From Candidatus Saccharimonadia bacterium (GTDB taxonomy: Bacteria; Patescibacteriota; Saccharimonadia; UBA4664): 64,000 nucleotides of DNA. The stretch lies in contig JBBRSS010000004.1 of assembly GCA_038245115.1 (NCBI GenBank), positions 1,804 through 65,803 on the forward strand. The letters are read 5' to 3'. A model generated the notes under the pieces. It ran no database searches, was not told where the DNA came from, and was given only the letters and a program-made list of their open reading frames with translations. Position 1 is the stretch's first letter, and each line of letters begins with the position of its first letter. Below, piece by piece: positions 51,468 through 60,346 of this stretch. A program made the translations under genes and the position numbers.

Positions 51468-51914
51468 ATGAAGATTTACCTTGCCGCTGATCACGCTGGC
51501 TATGAATTAAAAAACATCTTGAGCGAACATCTGGTTCACGCCGGGTACGATGTTGCCGATCTCGGTGCCAAAACCCTCGATCCCGTTGACGATTTTGCGC
51601 AATACGCCTACGCTACCACCGCGAAAATTCTCGGCGACGAGGGCGATTCCCGCGGCATCCTAGTCTGCGGGTCGGGGCAGGGGATGGCTATGGCCGCCAA
51701 CCGAGTGGGGGGCATTCGTGCCGCTGTGATCTGGAGCGTCGAGGGCGCCAAAGAGACCCGCAACGACAATGACTCCAACGTTCTCACCCTCCCTGCTCGC
51801 ATGATCGATACCGAAACCGCCATTGCCATCGCCGAGGCCTGGCTTACGGAGCCCTTCTCCGGCGAGGAGCGCTATCAGCGCCGTATTGACCAGATCGAGC
51901 AGCTGTATGGCTAG
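51468..51914 (+). CDS. rpiB: Ribose-5-phosphate isomerase B
   Basis: MKIYLAADHAGYELK and ILVCGSGQGMAMAANR (RpiB/LacAB fold). Confidence 0.85.
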   Translation: MKIYLAADHAGYELKNILSEHLVHAGYDVADLGAKTLDPVDDFAQYAYATTAKILGDEGDSRGILVCGSGQGMAMAANRVGGIRAAVIWSVEGAKETRNDNDSNVLTLPARMIDTETAIAIAEAWLTEPFSGEERYQRRIDQIEQLYG

Positions 51915-52545
51915 TGTCGCCCCCACAATCAACGCCACCAGCCCCGAAGATTATGCTCGGCGCATCGACAACGTCAAGTCGTTTGCTACTCGCCTCCATA
52001 TCGACGTGGGCGATGGGGTGTTTACTGACGTTAGAACCGTCGGCCTCAGTCAGGTTTACGACATCGACGGTGTACCGTTCGACCTTCACCTCATGTTAAG
52101 CCATCCCGAAAGCCAGATCGAAAACATCGTCAGTCTGCAGCCACAGCTCGTCATCGTTCACTTTGAGGTCCAATTCGACCGAGAAGCCTTTTTCAAGCAA
52201 TTACGGTCGATGGATATTAAGGTTGGCCTCGCAATCAACACCGAAACTACCATCGAGCAGGTTCGCGATATATTGCCAACAATAAATCATCTCGTCGTCT
52301 TCACAGGCCGTCTCGGCCATAATGGCGGCGAATTCCGTGGTGACTGCCTCGAGAAAATCGCTCAAGCCCGCGCCATCAACCCCGATCTGGAGATTGCCGT
52401 CGACGGGGGGCTCAATCAGGAAACCTGCCGCCTGGCCGTTGAGGCCGGCGCCAATCTGCTCGATGTTGGCAGCTTCATTCATGATGCCCCCGACCCCGAG
52501 ATTGCCTACATCGCCGTCCAGGCCATCGCCGAGGGCACAAGCTGA
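51907..52545 (+). CDS. rpe: Ribulose-phosphate 3-epimerase-family (TIM barrel) protein
   Basis: LHIDVGDGVF resembles H.D.MDG.F; the remaining TIM-barrel blocks are present. 8-nt overlap with rpiB. Confidence 0.6.
   Translation: MASVAPTINATSPEDYARRIDNVKSFATRLHIDVGDGVFTDVRTVGLSQVYDIDGVPFDLHLMLSHPESQIENIVSLQPQLVIVHFEVQFDREAFFKQLRSMDIKVGLAINTETTIEQVRDILPTINHLVVFTGRLGHNGGEFRGDCLEKIAQARAINPDLEIAVDGGLNQETCRLAVEAGANLLDVGSFIHDAPDPEIAYIAVQAIAEGTS
52510..52545 (+). repeat. Direct repeat copy 1: the last 36 nt of rpe, ATCGCCGTCCAGGCCATCGCCGAGGGCACAAGCTGA
   Basis: 30 of 36 nt identical, with a 17-nt exact core GCCATCGCCGAGGGCAC, to 53519..53554. Confidence 0.7.
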
Positions 52546-52586
52546 GCATGCCTGCTATCATTACTTCATAACCTCAAGAGGAACGT

Positions 52587-53519
52587 ATGGCTGAACAAGC
52601 AGAACAAAACGGCGATAAATCGAATTATGCCATCGGCTCATCAGGCGCCAATTTGGCTAGCGAGCACCTGGAAATTGTCGCCGTCAATCCCGAGCAAGCT
52701 GAAGCCCAACGTCCACCGCGCCTTCAGCTCAGCTTCGACCGCGAAAAAATAGCCACCTCCGAGCTGCCAGAAGAAATGAAGGATTGGTTGATGCGCTTGC
52801 CCGAAAACCTGAATTTCACCGACCCGGTCACGCTTATCGTTGGAGACAATGGCACAGGCAAGACTTCTATTGCCCGGGGAATCGTGGCCGCCCTCAGCAG
52901 GGCCCGCATGGCCGCCAACCCCGAAGGCCGTTTCAATGATCTATACCTTGAGAATGGCGAACCCGCCAATGCCATTGCGGACGCCATAAACGTGTCAGTC
53001 GAAGATGCTGCCAAGGGTAATATCATCACTACTTTTATCGAAGGATCGGAGGTCATGTTTAAATCCCGTGAATGGGCGCGCGAGCAGGCCAGGTCACAAG
53101 GAAGGCCGAATAGTACGGAAGTAGCTACATGGATGAAGGGCCATACTACCGAAGAGGAAATCGTCGCAAGAACCCCCATCCACGAGTTGTCGTCGCGCCA
53201 GTTGTTTGAGCAATCCATACAGGGCATTAAGCGCCAATCAATCGATAGTCACCGTCAGCGCGTTGGTGGAGATGTGGTAGTTATTTTCGATGAGCCAGAA
53301 CAGGGGTTGAGCCCACAACGCCAACTTGAACTCCCGGGTGTAATCGCTGGCTTTTTGGACGAACATGACACGATGCTCGTTCCTACAAACAACTTGGCTC
53401 TATATTTGTCGGATATGCCACGCATTGATGTTGATCACCCGGATCGTGGTGTGTACAAGCCCTCAGATTATGACGAAGGCGGGAAAATCGAGCTATTCCA
53501 CTCTGAAGGGCAGGAATGA
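52587..53519 (+). CDS. Solo P-loop ATPase (Walker A GDNGTGKTS, Walker B VVVIFDEPEQGLSP; ABC/AAA_21-like), carried on an insertion
   Basis: Motifs read directly. No permease or partner gene is present. Flanked by the duplicated rpe 3' end. Confidence 0.6.
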   Translation: MAEQAEQNGDKSNYAIGSSGANLASEHLEIVAVNPEQAEAQRPPRLQLSFDREKIATSELPEEMKDWLMRLPENLNFTDPVTLIVGDNGTGKTSIARGIVAALSRARMAANPEGRFNDLYLENGEPANAIADAINVSVEDAAKGNIITTFIEGSEVMFKSREWAREQARSQGRPNSTEVATWMKGHTTEEEIVARTPIHELSSRQLFEQSIQGIKRQSIDSHRQRVGGDVVVIFDEPEQGLSPQRQLELPGVIAGFLDEHDTMLVPTNNLALYLSDMPRIDVDHPDRGVYKPSDYDEGGKIELFHSEGQE

Positions 53520-53554
53520 TCGCCGTGGCTGCCATCGCCGAGGGCACGAGCTAA
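53519..53554 (+). repeat. Direct repeat copy 2 (ATCGCCGTGGCTGCCATCGCCGAGGGCACGAGCTAA), an orphan remnant encoding ..IAVAAIAEGTS*
   Basis: Begins immediately after the ATPase stop codon and is out of frame with it. Confidence 0.7.
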
Positions 53555-53591
53555 TCTCGCCAAAATCCATGAAAAAAGTTATGCTTAGCTT

Positions 53592-54464
53592 ATGACACAT
53601 AAACAGCTCGAGCTTCAGGCCGAGCAAATCCGCGAAGATATCGTCAATATGCTAGTGGAGGCCGGCAGTGGCCACAGCGCTGGGCCATTGGGTCTCGCCG
53701 ATATTTTTACTGCGCTGTATTTCGAAATCATGGATCACCGCCCGAAAGACCCGAACTGGGCCGGCCGCGACCGCTTATTCTTAAGTAACGGCCACTGCGT
53801 GCCCGTGCGCTACGCCACCATGGCCCGCGCCGGGTACTTTCCCGTCTCGGAGCTCAAAACTCTGCGCAAATTCGGCAGCCGCCTCCAAGGCCACCCCGAG
53901 CGCCTGCGCCTACCCGGCCTCGAATCCACCTCCGGCCCACTCGGCAGTGGCATCAGCCAGGCCGCCGGCCACGCTCTTGCCCTCCGCATGGACAACTCGC
54001 GCAGCCATGTTTACGTAGTCACTGGCGACGGTGAGCTCGATGAGGGCAACATTTGGGAGGCGGCCATGTTTGCCGCCAAGTACCAGCTTTCCAATCTCAC
54101 CGCCATCATCGACCGAAATTACATCCAAATCGACGGTTCCACCGAAAACGTTATGCCGCTGGGCGATGTAGGTGCAAAATTCGCCGCCTTTGGCTGGCAC
54201 GTCATCGAGATCGACGGTCACAACTTCCAGGCCATCATGGACGCGTGCCATCTCGCCAAGGCCATTGCCGATCAGCCTGTGGCCATCATTGCCCACACCA
54301 TCCCCGGCCGAGGCGTCGACTACATGGAGTACGACTATCACTGGCATGGCAACCCGCCCGGCACACTCGAAACCCCCGGCGCCCCGCCCTTGAAAGATCA
54401 GGCCCGCATCGCTCTGCATGAGCTACGAACGCTGGGCGGCCAAATTAGGGGCGAACATGAGTAA
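53592..54464 (+). CDS. tkt: Transketolase, N-terminal (TPP-binding) subunit
   Basis: GHSAGPLGLADI, VVTGDGELDEGNIWEA and NGHCVPVRYA. Confidence 0.9.
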   Translation: MTHKQLELQAEQIREDIVNMLVEAGSGHSAGPLGLADIFTALYFEIMDHRPKDPNWAGRDRLFLSNGHCVPVRYATMARAGYFPVSELKTLRKFGSRLQGHPERLRLPGLESTSGPLGSGISQAAGHALALRMDNSRSHVYVVTGDGELDEGNIWEAAMFAAKYQLSNLTAIIDRNYIQIDGSTENVMPLGDVGAKFAAFGWHVIEIDGHNFQAIMDACHLAKAIADQPVAIIAHTIPGRGVDYMEYDYHWHGNPPGTLETPGAPPLKDQARIALHELRTLGGQIRGEHE

Positions 54465-54777
54465 GGCGCGACATTTGAAGCTCATTTTTATTAGTGTATT
54501 TCTAACAGTGGTAGTTCTAAGCGTAGAATTAACTGTTCCGATATCCAAGATTAATAGGCCGTGCGCCGGGATTGGCGAATGCGGGGTAGTAGAACGACAT
54601 TATGGCTGGCCTCAAATGATACGAGCCGACCTCGTTTCTCCGCCACTAGTTATACCCAGCGATCTATCCGTGTCATTGCTGTTGGTTGACGCACTTATCA
54701 TCTTGGTGCCGGTTTCGCTAGTAGTGTACGGTATTCCACTCATCAACCGACGTCGTAACGCGAGGGCCACTCTATGA
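54457..54777 (+). CDS. Small membrane protein (106 aa, 2-3 TM) inserted between the two transketolase halves
   Basis: Overlaps both the tkt-N stop (ATGAGTAA) and the tkt-C start (ATGA). The segment is conspicuously AT-rich (54480-54560). Confidence 0.4.
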   Translation: MSKARHLKLIFISVFLTVVVLSVELTVPISKINRPCAGIGECGVVERHYGWPQMIRADLVSPPLVIPSDLSVSLLLVDALIILVPVSLVVYGIPLINRRRNARATL

Positions 54778-55760
54778 TAGAACCTCAACAACATTTAGCC
54801 CCCAATCTTTTCTCCAAAGAGGTCAAACAAGAGCCCATCCGCGTCGGTTTTGGCCGTGGCCTGCTCGAGTCCGGGCACGTCAATAAAAACATTGTGGCCC
54901 TGTGCGCCGACCTCACCGGTAGCACCAAGATGGACGAATTCGCCAAGAGCTACCCTGAGCGCTTTGTTGAAATCGGCATCGCTGAGCAAAACCTTGTCAC
55001 CGTGGCCGCCGGCATGGCACTGGCAGGGAAGATTCCGTTCGTCTCCAGCTACGCCGCGTTCTCGCCTGGCCGCAACTGGGAGCAAATCCGCACAACCATC
55101 TGCCTCAATGACACCAACGTCAAGATTGTAGGCTCACATGCTGGCCTCTACACCGGCGCCGATGGTGCCACCCACCAAATGCTCGAGGACATTGCGCTCA
55201 TGCGGGTACTACCGAATATGATCGTGGTTGTTCCTGCCGACGCCATGGAGGCCGAAAAAGCTACTATGGTCTTAGCTGCCCACCGTGGGCCTGCTTACAT
55301 CCGCCTCGCTCGCGAAAAAACACCGGTAGTCACCACCGCCAAATCACCGTTCTCACTTACCAAAGCCCAAGTGCTGCGTATCGGCCAAGACATCACCATC
55401 GTTGCCTGCGGCACCATGGTCTACCAGGCCCTCGTTGCCGCCGAAAAGCTCAGCGAAAAGGGGATTGAGGCCGAGGTCATTAATGTCGCCGTCATAAAAC
55501 CGCTCGATACCGTCACCATAATCCATAGCGCCCGCAAAACCGGCGCCGTACTTACCGTGGAAGAGGCTCAAATTATTGGCGGCCTCGGCGGCGCCGTGGC
55601 CGAAACCCTGGCCGATCATCACCCCGTGCCCATGACCCGCCTCGGCATGTTCGACCGTTTCGGCGAATCCGGCACCCCCGACGAGCTTCTCAAACATTTT
55701 GGCCTCACCGCGCCGAATATCGCCAAACAAGCCCTCGAACTCATTAAACGCAAAGGTTAA
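54774..55760 (+). CDS. tkt: Transketolase, C-terminal (pyrimidine-binding plus C-terminal domain) subunit
   Basis: EIGIAEQNLVTVAAGMALAG and the domain order. Confidence 0.9.
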   Translation: MIEPQQHLAPNLFSKEVKQEPIRVGFGRGLLESGHVNKNIVALCADLTGSTKMDEFAKSYPERFVEIGIAEQNLVTVAAGMALAGKIPFVSSYAAFSPGRNWEQIRTTICLNDTNVKIVGSHAGLYTGADGATHQMLEDIALMRVLPNMIVVVPADAMEAEKATMVLAAHRGPAYIRLAREKTPVVTTAKSPFSLTKAQVLRIGQDITIVACGTMVYQALVAAEKLSEKGIEAEVINVAVIKPLDTVTIIHSARKTGAVLTVEEAQIIGGLGGAVAETLADHHPVPMTRLGMFDRFGESGTPDELLKHFGLTAPNIAKQALELIKRKG

Positions 55761-55769
55761 ACTACAATT

Positions 55770-56657
55770 ATGTCCAATACTGCCGCCGCCCGTGCCCTCT
55801 ATACCCGTACCAAGACCGATAAATTCGCCCTCGGGGCCTTCAATATTGATAATCAAGAAACCCTCATTGCCATCGCCAAAGCCGCTCAGGCCAAGCAAAG
55901 CCCGGTACTGGTCGAAGTGAGCCAGGGCGAAGTGGAGGCTCTAGGCTTGCACAATATTCGCTGCCTGGTCGACAATTACCGCGATGAGTACGGCATCGAA
56001 ATGTACATCAACTTGGACCATTCTCCCAACGTCGATGCGGCCAAAGCGGGGATTGATGCCGGTTTTGAGTTTATTCACATAGACCTTTCCCAAGCCAAAA
56101 AAGACGCTTCCGATGAAGAAATAGTTGCCGCCACCAAAGAAGTCGTGGAGTATGCCAAGACCACCGGCGCGATAGTTGAGAGTGAGCCTCACTATTTTGG
56201 CGGTGCGTCGAACATTCACAAAGAAGCCATCGATTATGACGAAATCCGCAAGAGCTTCAGCACTCCGGACGAGGCCGTTAAATTTATTGAGGCTACCGGA
56301 ATTGATACCTTTGCCGTCGCTATTGGCAATCTCCACGGCCTGTATCCGGTTCCCAAGCAGCTCGACCTTGATCTCCTGGCCACCATCCGCGCCGCGGCCC
56401 CGGGTTTCTTGAGCCTCCACGGCGGTTCAGGCACTCCGGACGACCAGTTTATTGGCGCCGTAGAGCGCGGTATTTCCAAGATCAACATCAATTCCGAGAT
56501 GCGGCGTGCCTTCCGTGATACCCTCGAACAGGTCCTGGCTGCGCACCCCGACGAATACGCCGTAGTTAAGCTCATGCCCGAAGTGATTGCCGCGGTGCAG
56601 GTCGTAGTTGAGCACAAGATGGATGTTTTTGGCTCCGCCGGCAAAGCCGCCCACTAA
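55770..56657 (+). CDS. fba: Class II fructose-/tagatose-bisphosphate aldolase
   Basis: LGAFNI..ETL, YINLDHS, GNLHG and LHGGSG blocks. Confidence 0.85.
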   Translation: MSNTAAARALYTRTKTDKFALGAFNIDNQETLIAIAKAAQAKQSPVLVEVSQGEVEALGLHNIRCLVDNYRDEYGIEMYINLDHSPNVDAAKAGIDAGFEFIHIDLSQAKKDASDEEIVAATKEVVEYAKTTGAIVESEPHYFGGASNIHKEAIDYDEIRKSFSTPDEAVKFIEATGIDTFAVAIGNLHGLYPVPKQLDLDLLATIRAAAPGFLSLHGGSGTPDDQFIGAVERGISKININSEMRRAFRDTLEQVLAAHPDEYAVVKLMPEVIAAVQVVVEHKMDVFGSAGKAAH

Positions 56658-56710
56658 TCCCTCGGCTGTTGAGCTGTTAATTGCTAACCACAACTGGTAT
56701 TCTAGATACA

Positions 56711-57691
56711 ATGCATGAGGTGAATGTGAAAATCCTAACATTTGGAGCGGCTACTCAAGACGTGTTCTTGACCGGCAAGGCGCTCCATGCCCGCCGTGAT
56801 GTCCGTACGCGCGATTATGTGGAGCAATTTCCGCTTGGCGCCAAGATTGACGTCGAGAATGTCTATTTCGACACCGGCGGCGGTGCCACCAACGCGGCCG
56901 TTACTTTTGCTCGCCAGGGCCTTCACGTCGGATATATTGGCAAAATCGGCCATGATCCTGCCGGCGCTGAGGTGCTGCGCGTCCTGCGACGCGAGGGCAT
57001 AATGACCGATCGCGTAGTCCATGACCCCAAGCTCAATACCGGCTATTCCACGCTGCTTGTTGCCCCTACCGGCGAGCGGACTATTTTGACGCATCGCGGC
57101 GCTTCGCATGAGCTGGGAGCCAAAGATGTCGCTATCCGCACGCTCGAGGCCGACTGGTTTTATATTTCATCCCTCGCCGGCAACATCGATCTGCTAACTA
57201 AACTCCTCAAGCACGCCAATAATCATCACATTCAAGTTGCCATCGACCCCGGCGCCGCTGAACTGGCTCAAACCAAGAAATTCCGTGCCCTTTTGCCCCT
57301 CATTACCGTCCTCAAGGCCAACGCCGAGGAACTCCAGCTGTTATTCGGCGGCAACGATTTGCGCGAGACAGTAGTTCGAGCCGAGGGCGTTTGCCCGTAC
57401 GTAGTCGGCACCAACGGTCCGGCCGGATCCTATGCGGCCGTAGCGGGCAAGCTTTACCAGGCTGGTTCCTACCAGAAGGTTAAGGCTATTGACCGTACCG
57501 GCGCTGGGGACGCCTTTGGTTCGGGATTTGTCGCCGCCCTAGCCAAAGGACTTCCTGTCGAAGACGCCCTCACTCTTGGCAGCGCTAACGCCACCAGTGT
57601 TGTTGCCAAAATCGGCGCCAAGGCCGGCATTCTCAAAACTAGCCGTATCAAACGCATGAAGCTCAAAATCACCAACTTGGAGGGTAAATAA
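56711..57691 (+). CDS. PfkB-family carbohydrate kinase (candidate phosphofructokinase or ribokinase)
   Basis: GGGATNAAV (GG motif) and DRTGAGDAFGSGFVAAL (DTxGAGD). Confidence 0.7.
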   Translation: MHEVNVKILTFGAATQDVFLTGKALHARRDVRTRDYVEQFPLGAKIDVENVYFDTGGGATNAAVTFARQGLHVGYIGKIGHDPAGAEVLRVLRREGIMTDRVVHDPKLNTGYSTLLVAPTGERTILTHRGASHELGAKDVAIRTLEADWFYISSLAGNIDLLTKLLKHANNHHIQVAIDPGAAELAQTKKFRALLPLITVLKANAEELQLLFGGNDLRETVVRAEGVCPYVVGTNGPAGSYAAVAGKLYQAGSYQKVKAIDRTGAGDAFGSGFVAALAKGLPVEDALTLGSANATSVVAKIGAKAGILKTSRIKRMKLKITNLEGK

Positions 57692-58935
57692 TGTCTACTA
57701 TCGGTCGTTTTCTTCAGGCCAAGGAACCATTATTTGACCACGCCCTCCATCAGCTCGAGCTCAGGTCACACCAAAAAGGTATCGATATTAAACTTGCCGC
57801 CGAAATTGCCGAAACCGCTGCCGCGCGCATTCGCGATCTAGGCCTCACCGCCGATGCCACTGGCCCCGAGCTCTACGACGCGCTAATAAAACGGGTCGGG
57901 GAGCACGACGACCACCTCGCCCGCGCTATTGGCGGCACCGACCCTAGCGATCTGAGCCAGATGATCCCGCTCATCGTTAAGGCCGCCGAGGCCGCGCCCC
58001 TGCCGAAAGACGGCTGGTTCCTTAAGGAAGACAAAGCTAAAGACATGCTGCGCCGCACTCCTCCGATGGCTATTATGGACCGCCTTGGCTACCACCTGGT
58101 TTCGCGCCTGCTCGAGTCCGAAGACATTTACGAACTCTTCTTGGCGCTCAGGTTTGCCGAAAGCCCCGAGTGGCTCAACAATTTCGATCGCCAATACCTC
58201 GACCTCGTTGCCGCCGACTTTGAGTCCCGCCGTATCAAAGTGGTGCCGTTTGCCGCCAGCAAGTGGGGCGACATTGCCGAGCATTTCATCCAAAAGAAGC
58301 GCCACAACATTACTCATTCCAAAGAGATGGGCGCTATTGCTATCATGCCGATGCGTGAAACCCACATGACGGGCATTACGCTCAAAGTTATGCCCCTGCT
58401 CTTCCACTATTTCAACGAAATCCGCCTCTACAGCTCGTTTTTTAAGCTCATGCAGACCAAAAAGAACTTTGGCGCCATCGTTTCCGAAACGCTCATTGCC
58501 GACCCCGCTCACGTCAAGATCACCGACAATGCCCATATCCACTGGCGCGTCATTCAGCGGTATTTCGGCAAACTCACCACCGAAAAGCACCCCGAGATTT
58601 TTGAACCCCACGTGCAGCCCGAAGATTTACACTGGCGCCGCGCCGAAGAAGTACTCTACGACATCGATCCTGAGCTGCAGTTCTGGAAGAGTCTCGACTT
58701 TGTGGCTGTGCTCAAAGGCCCAGCCCACGACACCGTCACTTTTAACCTCATGGATCTTTCACTCGGCTACTCCAATAGCATCCCCTTTGCTGATCGCTAC
58801 CTGTATCACTTCCGAGAGGCCTTGTGGAATGAAGTGTTTGCCCGCTATATGGGCGAAAAAGTTCTAGAAGAGCAGCTGCTCGAAAAACTCGATAATGCCG
58901 TAATTTCGCCGGAGGTATTAACTCGCCATGAGTAA
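57691..58935 (+). CDS. Conserved hypothetical protein (414 aa), translationally coupled to the flanking genes
   Basis: TAATG overlap with the PfkB-family kinase and 8-nt overlap with the downstream gene. No recognised motif. Confidence 0.45.
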   Translation: MSTIGRFLQAKEPLFDHALHQLELRSHQKGIDIKLAAEIAETAAARIRDLGLTADATGPELYDALIKRVGEHDDHLARAIGGTDPSDLSQMIPLIVKAAEAAPLPKDGWFLKEDKAKDMLRRTPPMAIMDRLGYHLVSRLLESEDIYELFLALRFAESPEWLNNFDRQYLDLVAADFESRRIKVVPFAASKWGDIAEHFIQKKRHNITHSKEMGAIAIMPMRETHMTGITLKVMPLLFHYFNEIRLYSSFFKLMQTKKNFGAIVSETLIADPAHVKITDNAHIHWRVIQRYFGKLTTEKHPEIFEPHVQPEDLHWRRAEEVLYDIDPELQFWKSLDFVAVLKGPAHDTVTFNLMDLSLGYSNSIPFADRYLYHFREALWNEVFARYMGEKVLEEQLLEKLDNAVISPEVLTRHE

Positions 58936-59518
58936 GCACGAATTACGCTATCAGATCTGTGTATCGGGAGCTGCCCGCGGCGACAGTATAAAAGTTGGCG
59001 AAGAGTTAGCTGCTGAGGTTGCCCGCGAAATTGTTAGACGCGGGCACCTGGTGATCACGGGTGCCACTCGTGGCCTGCCGTACGCCGCCGCCAAGGCCGC
59101 CAAGATCGAAGGCGGGCGCGACATCACCTCGATTGGCTTCTCGCCGGCAGCCAGCCGCTTGGCGCACGTGAAAAAATACCAGCTGCCGCTGGATGTTTTC
59201 GACACTGTTATCTTTACCGGTTTTGAATATACCGGCCGTAACCTCCTACTGGTGCGCTCCAGCGACGCGGTTGTGATGGTCGGCGGCCGCATCGGCACCC
59301 TCAACGAGCTCACGATTGCCATTGAAGAACGCAAGCCCATTGGCGTTATGCTGGGTTCTGGTGGCATGACAGACGAAGTTGAACATGTCCTGAAGGCTGC
59401 CAAGCGCGCCCGTACCGGCATTATCTTTAGTCACGATCCAGTTGCGCTGGTCGATCAGCTTATTGATCTCATCGAAACCAAATCATCCAAACTCCCTGAT
59501 ATCCCTGACGAAGTTTAG
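58928..59518 (+). CDS. TIGR00725/LOG-like (SLOG) Rossmann-fold protein
   Basis: ICVSGAARGD...GHLVITGATRGLPYAAAKAA...VVMVGGRIGTLNEL blocks. Confidence 0.6.
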   Translation: MSKHELRYQICVSGAARGDSIKVGEELAAEVAREIVRRGHLVITGATRGLPYAAAKAAKIEGGRDITSIGFSPAASRLAHVKKYQLPLDVFDTVIFTGFEYTGRNLLLVRSSDAVVMVGGRIGTLNELTIAIEERKPIGVMLGSGGMTDEVEHVLKAAKRARTGIIFSHDPVALVDQLIDLIETKSSKLPDIPDEV

Positions 59519-59522
59519 CCCA

Positions 59523-60158
59523 ATGAAGGTGCTGAGCTATGTCCAGCAGCATCGATGGTTGCAGCTTCTGTTGGCTTTCATCGGGGCGGTCGCTCTAGCG
59601 CTGATCGTCCACGCCGGCACTACATCGCCCATCGATTCGTACGCCGCCTGCATTGAGGCTGGTAATCCGGTACTCGAAACTGAACCGCCCATTTGCCGAG
59701 ACGGCACCCATAATTTCACCGGCCCGCCGGCTCCGACCCTGAATTTGGCAGCCTCGAATACGGCCGTGCCCTTTGAGCTATTGGTTGATGGTGATACTCA
59801 CATCTCTGTCCCCGCGCACCGTCAAGACTACATCGATTCCCCAGCGCAGTGGCAGGCCTATTGGCGCCAGGTTCATGCCGGCCTTGCCTCGTTGCCGCCG
59901 ATTATCCCCGTAGATTTTGCTCAGTCCAGTGTTGTAGCGGTCAGCCTTGGCCAACAACCCACTAACGGATTTGGCCTCAAGATTACCAATATCACTACTG
60001 CCAAGGCCGGCACCACGGTTAATCTCACCGAATCCACGCCTACTATCTCTTGCACGGTTGCCCAAACGGTTACTAACCGTTATGTGATTGTGCGCACCGC
60101 TAAACTTACCGAGCCGGTGAGTTTTCGTATTACCTCTCAGAAGCGCCGCTGCCCATAG
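59523..60158 (+). CDS. Secreted protein with a PrcB_C-like beta-sandwich domain
   Basis: N-terminal signal anchor; VAVSLGQQPTNGFGLKITNI resembles the PrcB C-terminal domain. Start taken at the internal MKVLS. Confidence 0.35.
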   Translation: MKVLSYVQQHRWLQLLLAFIGAVALALIVHAGTTSPIDSYAACIEAGNPVLETEPPICRDGTHNFTGPPAPTLNLAASNTAVPFELLVDGDTHISVPAHRQDYIDSPAQWQAYWRQVHAGLASLPPIIPVDFAQSSVVAVSLGQQPTNGFGLKITNITTAKAGTTVNLTESTPTISCTVAQTVTNRYVIVRTAKLTEPVSFRITSQKRRCP

Positions 60159-60346
60159 CGATCAAGAAAACAGTCTGGGAGCTAAACATTTAAGCATATT
60201 TATGTTATAAACCTAAAATACAGAATGCACTTTTTGTGTTCTCGCATTTATTGACAACAAAGTCTCTTTGTTCTAAGCATTGTTTTAGCTCTCGGAAACA
60301 GACCCCCTTGCCAATGCATTGTTCCCCGAAAGGTGCGTGTATCTCG

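Noticed and set aside
54053-54421. 122-aa Arg/His-rich ORF in an alternative frame of transketolase-N
   Set aside because: Overlaps a conserved tkt reading frame; extreme Arg/His/Pro composition typical of an off-frame GC-rich translation.
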